Notes under the pieces: model-generated | What the model was told of the DNA's origin: nothing | Database searches by the model: none | What the model saw: only the letters and a program-made list of their open reading frames with translations | DNA from: Anaeromyxobacteraceae bacterium | GTDB taxonomy: Bacteria > Myxococcota > Myxococcia > Myxococcales > Anaeromyxobacteraceae | NCBI GenBank assembly: GCA_049586815.1 | Contig: JBAVCR010000182.1 | Span: 7,056 to 71,055, forward strand | DNA: 64,000 bases | Reading direction: 5' to 3' | In this document: piece after piece, positions 42,754-51,653 of the stretch | Numbering within the stretch: the first letter of the stretch is position 1 | Layout of the letters: each line of letters opens with the position of its first letter | Program-made: the position numbers and the translations under genes

Positions 42754-45700
42754 ATGCGAGGGAATATGATTCACAGGTATCTGCGCTTCACCGTGGCCAC
42801 CGCCGCGATGGCGCTCTTCGTGGCGCCTCAGTTCCCGCTCGCGCGTGAAGCGCAGGCGACGACGCAGGATCAATCCCAGGTCGACCCGCTGCAGGCGAAG
42901 GCCGCGCGCGTCAAGGCGATGAACTCGCAGATGCGCGTCACCCAGGCGCAGCGCGAGGAGGCCGCCCGCAACCTGAAGGCCCTGCGCGAGCGCGTCGAGG
43001 CGGCCAAGGCCGCCATGCGCGCCAAGGGCGTCGCGGTGCCGGAGACGGGCATCCGCTCCGTCAAGGCTGTGAAGGGCAACGGCAATTCGCTGCGCGCAGG
43101 CGCCGCTCCCTCGTCGGCGGCGCAGCTGCCGCCGGGCGTGACCCAGATCCTGCCCACCGACACGCCGGACTACTTCACGACGGCCAACTGGGCCTTCACG
43201 AAGCCGCTCCGCAAGTTCGTCGACGCGTTGCCGGGTCTCGGGGCCGCGAACGCGAACGCCATCGGCAATTACGTGCCGGTCGGCTACCCCGACTCGCTCA
43301 CCTATCCGGGGTCCGACTACTACGAGCTCTCGGTGAAGGAATACACGCACCAGTTCCACAGTGACCTCACGCCCACCAAGGTCCGTGGATACGTGCAGAC
43401 GAACGACGGGACGGCCCACGCCAAGGAGGCCCAGAACTGGCTCGGCCCGGTCATCATCGCCCAGAAGGACCGCCCGGTCCGCATCAAGTTCAAGAACGAG
43501 AAGACGGCCGGTGGCCGGCTCCCGATTCCGGTCGACGAGTCGATCATGGGCTCGGGCCCCGGCGCCAAGTGGCCGGACGGCACCACCTGCGACCCCTCGC
43601 CCACCGGCGTGAACACGCCTGGCCAGCCCTGCGCGCTCTACCCGCAGACCCGCTCGGCCATCCACCTCCACGGCGGCCGCACCCCGTGGATCAGCGACGG
43701 CACGCCGCACCAGTGGATCCTGCCGCTCGGCGACGTGAACGACCCGGCGAATCCCTACAAGAAGGGCGTCTCCCTCTACAACGTGCCGGACATGCCGGAG
43801 CCGGGCCTCGACGAGACCACCTACTACTACTCGAACCAGCAGACGGCGCGGCTCATGTTCTACCACGACCACGCCTGGGGCATCACCCGCCTGAACGTGC
43901 TCATGGGTGAGGCGGCCGGCTACCTGCTCGTCGACCCGACCGAGCAGGCCCTCGTCGCAGACGGCACCCTGCCCAACGCGGGCGGCCTCTACACCTACGG
44001 CATCCCGCTCGTCATCCAGGACCGCACCTTCGTCGACGCGGCCAAGATCCGTCTCACCGACCCGAACTGGAACTTCGGCACCGGCGCTGCGGACGCCCAG
44101 GGAATCGTCGCGCCCGTCGACGGCGACTTCTGGATCCCGCACGTCTACGTGCCGGCCCAGAACCCCTACGACCCGACCGGCGTGAACCCCTTCGGCCGCT
44201 GGGTCTACGGCCCCTGGTTCTTCCCGCCCACCGCGAACCTCATCTTCCCGCCGGTCCCGAACCCCTACCACGACCCGAACTGCTCGGACCCCGACCCGGC
44301 CGTCTACGCGTTCTGCACCACGCCCGGCCAGCCGCCCGTCATCCCGGGCGTGCCGCACCCGTCGGTCGGCGCCGAGACCTTCTTCGACACCATCATGGTG
44401 AACGGCAACGCGTTCCCGTACGTGGACGTGGCCCCCGCCACCTACCGCTTCCGCATCCTGAACGCGGCGAACGACCGGTTCCAGAACCTGAACCTGTACG
44501 TGGCCGACTCGACCCAGGTGGCCCACGACGGCCGGCAGAACACGGAAGTGAAGATGGTTCCTGCCGCCTCCGGCTTCTGGGACCCGGTCCTCTTCCCCGA
44601 CTGGCCGGTCGACGGCCGCGTCGAGGGCGTGCCCGATCCCACCACGCTCGGCCCGCCCATCGTCATGATCGGCACCGAGGGCGGCTTCCTCTCGAAGCCG
44701 GCGGTGCTCACCGGCCAGCCCATCACCTGGGTGGCTGACCCGACGGCCTTCAACGTCGGCAACATCGACCTCTTCAACCTGTTCCTCGGTCCCGCGCAGC
44801 GCGCCGACGTCCTCATCGACTTCTGCGACTACGCCGGCAAGACCCTCATCCTCTACAACGACGCGCCGGCCGCCGTGCCCGCGTTCGACGCCCGGTTCGG
44901 CTACACGACCGGCCAGCCCGACCTGTCCGACAGCGGCGGGTACGGCGAGGTTCCCGCCTGGTCGACGACCGGCCTGAAGGAAGGCCCGCAGGTCGGCTAC
45001 GGCCCGAACATCCGGACCGTCCTCCAGATCCGCGTCGCCGCCGGCGCCTGCACGGGCAACCGGCTCGACGCCGCCGGCATCGCGGCTCTCACCGCCCGCT
45101 GGCTGCCCGCCCAGGGCCGCCAGGGCGTGTTCGAGTCCGGCCAGGACAACATCATCGTCGGCCAGGCCGACTACAACGGCGTCTACACCGGCATCACCTT
45201 CCCGTCGGTGTGGCCGGCGTGGGGCCTCTCGCGCATCGAGGACAACGCGCTCCAGTTCAAGACGGTGGCGGGCACGATCGTCACCTTCCCGATGGAGCCG
45301 AAGGCGATGCACGACGAGATGGGCGCCTCGTTCGATCCCGAGTACGGCCGCATGTCCACGAACCTCGGCATGCGCACGCCCATCCCGCTCACCAACAACG
45401 CCAACATGACGCCGTTCTTCTACTCGGATCCTCCGACCGAGATCATGACGAACGTGGCGCTCAACGCCTCCCCGATCTCGCCCGTCCTCGGTGACGGCAC
45501 GCAGATCTGGAAGATCTCGCACAACGGCGTCGACATGCACCCCATCCACTTCCACATCTTCGACGTCCAGCTCATCAACCGCGTGGGCTGGGACGGCCAG
45601 ATCCGGCTCCCGGCTCCCACCGAGCTCGGCTGGCAGGACACGGTGCGCATCGCGCCGCTCGAGGACACCATCGTGGCGATGCGCCCCTGGGCCCCGCCGC

Positions 45701-47523
45701 TGCCGTTCGGCGTCCCGAACAGCCTCCGCCCGCTCAACCCGTCGATCCCCATCGGCTCGGGCTACGGCTTCACCAACATCGACCCGGTGACGCAGAACCC
45801 GCTCGTCCCGCCCACCACGAACCGCATCGAGAACTACGCGTGGGAGTACGTGTGGCACTGCCACATCCTCAGCCACGAAGAGAACGACATGATGCGGCCC
45901 ATCGTGCTCAACGTGTCGTCGACCATCCCGCCGGCCATCCCGGCTGGTCCGGTCGTCGGGGCCTTCAACGGCGGCTACCCGCTCAGCTGGGTCGACCCGA
46001 CCGTCGTCGACTACGCGACCCAGGCCAACTTCGGCAACCTCTCGAACGAGATCGGGTTCCGCATCGAGCGCTCGCCGGGCAACAGCACCTTCGCCACGGT
46101 CGGGTACGCCCGCGCCAACGCGACCACGTTCACGGACGCCTCGGCGGTCGCCGGCTCGAACTACCGGTACCGCGTGGTGGCCTACAACCAGGCCGGTGAG
46201 TCGGTCTCGCCGTCCACCCAGATCAACGCGCCGACGACGACGCAGCCCACGGGCCTCACCACCCCGGCCGTGAACAACGTCCAGACCGGCATCACCACCT
46301 CCACCTGGACGAAGTCGCTCAACACCACGACCGGGCCGCGCTTCACGACGACCGCGTCGGGTGGCACGCCGACCACGTACGAGTACCAGTACCTCATCGC
46401 CGTCGGCACGAACGTGAGCTTCGTCACCAGCCCGGGCAGCTTCACCGTCGCCCAGGCCTGGAGCAGCCTCAACACGTGGACGATGCCGCTCACGCAGCAG
46501 GGGGCCGTCAGCCCCGGCCGCGGGTACACCATCGTCTCCCAGGCGCGCAACTCGACCCTGGGCACGCCGCGCACGTCGTCGGGCCGCAACTACACCGTGA
46601 TCATCCCGTCGCCCACCACGGGCCTCACGCTCACCCCGTCGCCGGCCAGCCCGGCGCTCGTGGGCACGGGCGTGGTGTTCAACGCGGTCGCCACGGGTGG
46701 CACCACCAACCGGCAGTACCAGTTCTCGACGTCGACGGACGGCGGCACCACCTGGACCGTCCGCCGCGCCTGGGCCACTGGCACCTCGTGGACGATGCCT
46801 GCCGCGACGCCCGTCGGCACCTACACCGTGAAGGTGGACGTGCGGACGAACTCCACGGGCATCGACCGCACCGCGCAGGTCACGTACGTCATCCGCAATC
46901 CCGCGGCGACGGGCGTGACGCTCGCAGCGCAGTTCCCGAGCCCGCATGCCGCGCCGGTGAGCTTCCTCGCCACGGGCCAGGGTCCGGCTCCGCTGACGAC
47001 GGCGACCGGTGGTGGGTACTTCTACCGGTTCCTGCTCAGCACGGCGGGTGGACCGTTCAACCAGGTCCAGGCCTGGGGCACGGGGCGTACGTACACGCTG
47101 CCGGCCAATACTGTGGCCGGCGCCTACACGGTCCGCGTCGAGGTCAGCACGGTCGCGACGGGTCCGGCGGACGTTGCTCCGGTTGACCTGGCGTACACAG
47201 TGACTGTGGCGACGCCGGCAACTGGCGCGACTCTCACGCCGACGCCTGCAAGCCCCGGTACGGTTGGGGTCCCTGTGGTGTGGGCTGCTGTCGGTTCTGG
47301 GTCCACGACTAACGGCGCACCGACGCCGGCTGGCGCCTACCAGTACCGGTTCTGGTTGTTCGACGGCGTGAACTACACGATGGTGCAAGACTACGGTGTC
47401 GGGTCAACCTGGACTTGGACGCCGCCAGCAACGGGCAACTACTGGGTTTCTGTTTGGGTGAGGAGTTCGCCGTCGAGGACGGTCGACCTTGGAACTCCCG
47501 ACCAGCTTTATCAGGTCCAGTAG
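42754..47523 (+). CDS. giant secreted multicopper oxidase fused to FN3 and four tandem Ig-like (Y_Y_Y-like) repeats
   Basis: The ATG at 42754 is preceded by GGGGAG. The product has a signal peptide and a short coiled coil. All four MCO copper motifs are present: IHLHGG (~43655), FYHDHAWG (~43858), HPIHFHIFD (~45538) and WHCHILSHEENDMM (~45853). The FN3 domain contains YRYRVVAYNQAGES. Four ~100-aa repeats follow. Confidence 0.85.
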   Translation: MRGNMIHRYLRFTVATAAMALFVAPQFPLAREAQATTQDQSQVDPLQAKAARVKAMNSQMRVTQAQREEAARNLKALRERVEAAKAAMRAKGVAVPETGIRSVKAVKGNGNSLRAGAAPSSAAQLPPGVTQILPTDTPDYFTTANWAFTKPLRKFVDALPGLGAANANAIGNYVPVGYPDSLTYPGSDYYELSVKEYTHQFHSDLTPTKVRGYVQTNDGTAHAKEAQNWLGPVIIAQKDRPVRIKFKNEKTAGGRLPIPVDESIMGSGPGAKWPDGTTCDPSPTGVNTPGQPCALYPQTRSAIHLHGGRTPWISDGTPHQWILPLGDVNDPANPYKKGVSLYNVPDMPEPGLDETTYYYSNQQTARLMFYHDHAWGITRLNVLMGEAAGYLLVDPTEQALVADGTLPNAGGLYTYGIPLVIQDRTFVDAAKIRLTDPNWNFGTGAADAQGIVAPVDGDFWIPHVYVPAQNPYDPTGVNPFGRWVYGPWFFPPTANLIFPPVPNPYHDPNCSDPDPAVYAFCTTPGQPPVIPGVPHPSVGAETFFDTIMVNGNAFPYVDVAPATYRFRILNAANDRFQNLNLYVADSTQVAHDGRQNTEVKMVPAASGFWDPVLFPDWPVDGRVEGVPDPTTLGPPIVMIGTEGGFLSKPAVLTGQPITWVADPTAFNVGNIDLFNLFLGPAQRADVLIDFCDYAGKTLILYNDAPAAVPAFDARFGYTTGQPDLSDSGGYGEVPAWSTTGLKEGPQVGYGPNIRTVLQIRVAAGACTGNRLDAAGIAALTARWLPAQGRQGVFESGQDNIIVGQADYNGVYTGITFPSVWPAWGLSRIEDNALQFKTVAGTIVTFPMEPKAMHDEMGASFDPEYGRMSTNLGMRTPIPLTNNANMTPFFYSDPPTEIMTNVALNASPISPVLGDGTQIWKISHNGVDMHPIHFHIFDVQLINRVGWDGQIRLPAPTELGWQDTVRIAPLEDTIVAMRPWAPPLPFGVPNSLRPLNPSIPIGSGYGFTNIDPVTQNPLVPPTTNRIENYAWEYVWHCHILSHEENDMMRPIVLNVSSTIPPAIPAGPVVGAFNGGYPLSWVDPTVVDYATQANFGNLSNEIGFRIERSPGNSTFATVGYARANATTFTDASAVAGSNYRYRVVAYNQAGESVSPSTQINAPTTTQPTGLTTPAVNNVQTGITTSTWTKSLNTTTGPRFTTTASGGTPTTYEYQYLIAVGTNVSFVTSPGSFTVAQAWSSLNTWTMPLTQQGAVSPGRGYTIVSQARNSTLGTPRTSSGRNYTVIIPSPTTGLTLTPSPASPALVGTGVVFNAVATGGTTNRQYQFSTSTDGGTTWTVRRAWATGTSWTMPAATPVGTYTVKVDVRTNSTGIDRTAQVTYVIRNPAATGVTLAAQFPSPHAAPVSFLATGQGPAPLTTATGGGYFYRFLLSTAGGPFNQVQAWGTGRTYTLPANTVAGAYTVRVEVSTVATGPADVAPVDLAYTVTVATPATGATLTPTPASPGTVGVPVVWAAVGSGSTTNGAPTPAGAYQYRFWLFDGVNYTMVQDYGVGSTWTWTPPATGNYWVSVWVRSSPSRTVDLGTPDQLYQVQ
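46246..47520 (+). repeat. four tandem ~100-codon protein-domain repeats in the C-terminus of the MCO (approximate borders 46246/46615/46903/47206/47520)
   Basis: Each unit has the pattern TP.P.SP...G..V.F.A.A.GG....YQYrF......g..W...q.W....tWTw.P......G.Y.V.V.Vr. Examples are YEYQYLIA, RQYQFSTS, YFYRFLLS and YQYRFWLF. The pattern resembles the Y_Y_Y / triple-tyrosine Ig-fold. Confidence 0.6.
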
Positions 47524-47546
47524 GCACCACCTATCGCGATGAGCGA

Positions 47547-47580
47547 CGGCCGCCGGTCCTCGGACCGGCGGCCGATTTCA
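47547..47580 (+). terminator. rho-independent-type terminator after the MCO gene
   Basis: A perfect 13-bp stem CGGCCGCCGGTCC/GGACCGGCGGCCG with a 2-nt centre lies 24 nt after the stop. It is followed by ATTTCAATT. Confidence 0.6.
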
Positions 47581-47781
47581 ATTCCAGGTGTGCCGACGTG
47601 TGGCTGCGGCTAGGCGAGGGGTAAGCACCAGGTAGGGTCGTTGTACTGGAGCGAGCCTAAGGCTTGCCCGTTGAGCTAGAGTGTTGACGGAAGGACCCGG
47701 CAAAGTGCCAAAGAGCGGTGTCCAGGTGAAGCAGCCCGATCCGGTCTGGCGCAGTTCGAGTTCGCGACGCTTGGGTCAGCC

Positions 47782-48546
47782 ATGAGGCTTGGGTTCGGTT
47801 CATCGCGGTTGCACCTGATGCCTTTCGAGAGCGACCGGAGGCGCCTGATCTGGGACGCCCTCGACCTGGGCATTGCCCACTTCGATACGTCGCCCTTCTA
47901 CGGGTACGGCCTGGCCGAAAAGGCCCTGGGCGCGGCGCTGCAGGGACGCCGAGACGTTTCCATCACGACCAAGGTCGGCCTGTACGCGCCTGCGGGAGCG
48001 TCGGATCACTTCGTGAGCATCGCGATGCGAAAGGCAGTGGGTCGCTTGATTGCGCGAACTTCACGACCGGTCGCGGATTACAAACCTCAGATGGCGGAAC
48101 GGAGCCTGGAGAAGTCCCTGAGGGCGCTTCGGGTCGAGCGCGTCGATTTTCTCCTCCTGCACGAGCCGAGGGTGACCCGCGCGGAATCCGATGATCTCAT
48201 CGCGTGGGTCCTTCGAGCTACGGAGCGCGGCATGGTCCGCGCATGGGGAGTGGCGGCCGAGGCTGAGTTGTGCTCCCGGCTGATTGAAGATGATCCAAGA
48301 TGGGGATCGACTGTGCAGACGGGCGCTGGAAAGGGTTGGGAAGCCGCCGAACGCCTCCGGCGAACGGGAGTTGCGATCCACTTCCTATACGGGGCACTGC
48401 GTGAAAACCTTGAACCGACGACCGGCTCGCCCGGGGCGGTGATCGCCGAGGCGATGGCGCGATTTCCCGAGTGCACCGTCCTGGCCTCCACGCGGCAGGG
48501 GGACCGTCTTAGGCAGCTGGCGCTCGCGGCACGAAAGGAAACCTAG
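47782..48546 (+). CDS. aldo/keto reductase
   Basis: 254 aa with LG.GSSRL...........A.D.GI.HFDTSP.YGYG.AE..LG.AL.GRR....I.TKVG and LLLHEP. Confidence 0.8.
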   Translation: MRLGFGSSRLHLMPFESDRRRLIWDALDLGIAHFDTSPFYGYGLAEKALGAALQGRRDVSITTKVGLYAPAGASDHFVSIAMRKAVGRLIARTSRPVADYKPQMAERSLEKSLRALRVERVDFLLLHEPRVTRAESDDLIAWVLRATERGMVRAWGVAAEAELCSRLIEDDPRWGSTVQTGAGKGWEAAERLRRTGVAIHFLYGALRENLEPTTGSPGAVIAEAMARFPECTVLASTRQGDRLRQLALAARKET

Positions 48547-48568
48547 CCTGCTCGTCGATCTCCAGACG

Positions 48569-50113
48569 TTGGATGACCCATACAACTGGGAGGCCGACGT
48601 CTGCGTGATCGGCGCCGGCACTATCGGGTGCTACGTCGCGTCGCGGTTGCAGGAATGGGGCTTTCGGGTGGTCGTGCTCGAATCCGGCTCGCGAAAGACG
48701 GTGGACGGGGCGACCTTCGAGCCGCTCCCGCGAATGGTCCTCGACGGCTACGAGGGGGCGACGAAGGGAAGGTCCTTTGGCCTTGGGGGAACATCGGCGT
48801 CATGGGGTGGCGTGCTCGTCCCGTTCACGGCCCAGGATGCGTCGGCACCGAGCGCACGGAACGGCGCCACGTGGGACCACATCGTCGGTCGCGTGAAGGC
48901 CCACGGAGAGACCGTGCGAAGAGTCCTGGGCATCAATTACCCCGAAGACTTCGAGAAGTTCCCGGATGTGATCTTCGGCGAATCGCGCACGAGGGTGGAA
49001 GCGGAAGGGTTCAGCCTGATCGCTTCGGAGATGCTTCCCTTCGGGGGGCGGAACACGTCGCGCCTGCTGGCCGCCGGGGGAGCACGGGAGTCGAGGGTTC
49101 TGCTCAACGCCACGGCGGTGGAGTGGGACCTCCGACCGTCTCCCGGGGAAGGCTTCGTCTGCAGCGTCCGCGCGGTCACGAGGGACGGCAAGTCGATGGT
49201 TGTGACGGCGGGAAAGTTCATCATCGCCGCCGGCGCGATCGAGTCCGCGCGAATCCTCCTGGAGATCGACCGGGAAACCGACGGAAGGGCCCTGCTCGGG
49301 AGGGAAGGCGTCGGGCGCGAGCTCTCCGACCATCTCTCCCTTCCCATCGGGACCTTCGAGGGACGGGCAGCCCAAGTGGCGATCCGGATGTTCGGTCAGA
49401 GATTTCGCGGACCCGTTCTTCGCGCGCCGAGGTTCATCGACCGGGACGTCATCGCGGCGGGTCGCCGGCACTTCGTGCACGTCACCTTCGCAAGCGACGA
49501 TCCGGGCTTCCTCCTCGCGAAGGAGGTGCTCGCCGCCATGCAGGCCAGGCGCCTGCCATCCCTGACGGTGACCCAGTGCGTCGAGGGAGCCAGGGGGCTC
49601 CTCGGGCTCGCCTGGAAGAAGGTCGGCGAGCGGCGCCTCTACATCCGGCCAGGGACGCCGGCAGGGCTTCGCCTGGACTTCGAGCAGAGCCCCGACCCTG
49701 CGAACCGGATCCGCCTGCGAGACGAGCGGGATTCCACCGGGAGGTGGGGCCTGGACGTCGAGTGGCGCGTCACTCCCTCGGACGAGACCGCCGCGGCCGA
49801 GATCCAGCGAAGTGTGTTGGGCAAGTGGGGTGAGCTCCGGGACGTCCTGCCGCCCGCGACCTCCATCGATAGAGGGCACATCCGCGAACGACTCTACGAC
49901 GTCTATCACCCCGTTGGGGTCTGCAGGATGGGAGAGGATCCGGGGGCCGTTCTCGGTCTTGACCTCCACGTCCGGGGCCTCACCAACCTCTACGTGGTGG
50001 GGACCGCGGCCTTCCCATCGGCAGGGACCGCGAATCCGACCTTTCCCGCCCTGTGCCTGGCGGAGGAGCTGATCTCGACCATGAGGACCGGGGCGAGCCC
50101 CTCCGGACGCTGA
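48569..50113 (+). CDS. GMC-family FAD-dependent oxidoreductase
   Basis: 514 aa. The TTG start at 48569 places the FAD motif DVCVIGAGTIGCYVASRL...G..V.VLESG at residue 10. The C-terminal part reads YHPVG.CRMG ... NLYVVG.A.FPS.G.ANPT. Confidence 0.8.
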   Translation: MDDPYNWEADVCVIGAGTIGCYVASRLQEWGFRVVVLESGSRKTVDGATFEPLPRMVLDGYEGATKGRSFGLGGTSASWGGVLVPFTAQDASAPSARNGATWDHIVGRVKAHGETVRRVLGINYPEDFEKFPDVIFGESRTRVEAEGFSLIASEMLPFGGRNTSRLLAAGGARESRVLLNATAVEWDLRPSPGEGFVCSVRAVTRDGKSMVVTAGKFIIAAGAIESARILLEIDRETDGRALLGREGVGRELSDHLSLPIGTFEGRAAQVAIRMFGQRFRGPVLRAPRFIDRDVIAAGRRHFVHVTFASDDPGFLLAKEVLAAMQARRLPSLTVTQCVEGARGLLGLAWKKVGERRLYIRPGTPAGLRLDFEQSPDPANRIRLRDERDSTGRWGLDVEWRVTPSDETAAAEIQRSVLGKWGELRDVLPPATSIDRGHIRERLYDVYHPVGVCRMGEDPGAVLGLDLHVRGLTNLYVVGTAAFPSAGTANPTFPALCLAEELISTMRTGASPSGR

Positions 50114-50142
50114 TGCCTCACGGGGGCTCGAGAACAGGAACC

Positions 50143-51018
50143 ATGACAGCTTCCCAACACAGCCGTCCCTCGCTCGGCGTCATCATTCTCACCCGGGAAG
50201 AGGAGGAAAACCTTCCAATCGCGCTCGAGAGCCTTCGGCCGCTGCGGCCAATGGTCTTTATCGTCGATTCCGGGAGTTCCGATCGCACCGTGGAGCTCGC
50301 CAGGGAATGGGGATGCGAATGCGCGGCGCGCCCTTGGACGAACTACGCCGACCAGTTCAAGTGGGCGATGGAGCACTGTCCATTCAGCGCGGACTGGTTC
50401 ATGCGAATGGATGCGGACGAGCGCCTGACCGCGGAACTCGCCCGGGAGCTGCCCGAGGCGATCGCGGCCGCCGGGGAGGGGACGGACGGATTTCGGATGC
50501 GGCGACGGGTCTACTTCTGGGGCAAGTGGATCCGACACGGCGGATACTACCCGACGTGGCTCACCCGTGTCTGGCGTGCCGGGCACGCTTCCATCGAATC
50601 ACGCTGGATGGACGAGCACATGGTCGTGCATGGCGGCGGCGTGGCGGCCTTGCAGGGCGACATCATCGACGAGAATCACAAGGGCCTGACGTTCTGGACC
50701 GACAAGCACAATCGATATGCCGACCGGGAAGTGCGGGATCTCCTGGCGATGGCGAGCGCGGAGGCGCCGGCCGCGCAACTCGAAGGTCAGGCGGGTCGCC
50801 GGCGCTGGGTGAAGCAAAACCTCTATGCCCGTTCGCCCCTCTTGCTTCGCGCCGTGGCGTACTGGTTCCTGCGGTACATTGTGCTGCTAGGATTCCTCGA
50901 CGGTCGTCCCGGCTTCGTCTTCCATTTCCTCCAGGGGTTCTGGTACCGCTTCCTCGTGGATGCCAAGTTGCTGGAGGCTCGGCGGAACCAGCAGGGAAGC
51001 GGCTCCGGCGAAGGATGA
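50143..51018 (+). CDS. glycosyltransferase family 2 (WaaE/KdtX-like)
   Basis: It has LGVIILTREEEENLP.AL.SL......FIVDSGSSDRTVE.A ... DW....DADERL. An alternative ATG at 50113 overlaps the upstream stop. Confidence 0.8.
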   Translation: MTASQHSRPSLGVIILTREEEENLPIALESLRPLRPMVFIVDSGSSDRTVELAREWGCECAARPWTNYADQFKWAMEHCPFSADWFMRMDADERLTAELARELPEAIAAAGEGTDGFRMRRRVYFWGKWIRHGGYYPTWLTRVWRAGHASIESRWMDEHMVVHGGGVAALQGDIIDENHKGLTFWTDKHNRYADREVRDLLAMASAEAPAAQLEGQAGRRRWVKQNLYARSPLLLRAVAYWFLRYIVLLGFLDGRPGFVFHFLQGFWYRFLVDAKLLEARRNQQGSGSGEG

Positions 51019-51602
51019 GAGACACTCGAGATTGCGCCATGCAGCGAGCCAAGATCGATCTCGCGTCGTTCGACAACTCCTGGTACTACCCGGGACGATC
51101 GCTCCCGGTCCGCGTGGCCTGGCTGGTCGCGAACGCCGTCATCCTTTCGTCCTGGGTTCCATGGCCGTCGGCCCTAAAGAGGGGATTGCTCAGGCTATTT
51201 GGCGCCAGGGTGGGACGGGGGGTCGTCCTGAAGCCCAAGGTCAACATCAAGTACCCGTGGAACCTCGAGCTGGGTGACCACGCATGGATTGGTGAAGGTG
51301 TCTGGATCGATTCCCTGTCCAGGGTCACCATCGGGCGGAATGCGTGCCTCTCCCAGGGAGTCATGGTGGAGACGGGCAACCACGACTGGTCGAAGGCGAC
51401 CTTTGACCTCGTCCTGAAGGACGTGTCGGTTGAGGAGGGGGCGTGGGCGGCCGTTGGCTCCCTTCTGTTGCCAGGCAGCAAGCTCGCCAGCCATGCGGTC
51501 CTCGGCGCCGGAAGCGTGCTCGCGGGAGGCACGGATCCTTACGCCGTCTACGTCGGCGTGCCGGCCAGGAAGGCGAGGGAGCGCGATGTTCGGGAAGCCT
51601 GA
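51015..51602 (+). CDS. hexapeptide-repeat O-acetyltransferase (WcaF-like)
   Basis: The ATG at 51015 overlaps the upstream stop (ATGA); an alternative ATG lies at 51039. The product has FDNSWY.PGRS, LR.FGA.VG.GVV.KP.V.I.YPW.L..GD..WIGE.VWI and a C-terminal VGVPA. Only the last ~195 codons of the 431-aa track ORF were accepted. Confidence 0.8.
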   Translation: MRDTRDCAMQRAKIDLASFDNSWYYPGRSLPVRVAWLVANAVILSSWVPWPSALKRGLLRLFGARVGRGVVLKPKVNIKYPWNLELGDHAWIGEGVWIDSLSRVTIGRNACLSQGVMVETGNHDWSKATFDLVLKDVSVEEGAWAAVGSLLLPGSKLASHAVLGAGSVLAGGTDPYAVYVGVPARKARERDVREA

Positions 51603-51653
51603 CGCGCGACGCGGCGCAGGAGCCCTGGTATCGGCAGGCGGGCGTGGACGCTA

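Noticed and set aside
42754-42870. Twin-arginine (Tat) signal on the multicopper oxidase
   Set aside because: MCOs are often Tat substrates, but the N-terminus (MRGNMIHRYLRFTVATAAMALFVAPQFPLA) lacks an RR pair in the S/T-R-R-x-F-L-K context. It is therefore called only a generic signal peptide.
42706-47388. 1560-aa antisense ORF opposite the multicopper oxidase gene
   Set aside because: It has the same shadow-frame signature (R/G/D/V/H-rich, no domains). The sense frame carries all four copper motifs and repeat structure.
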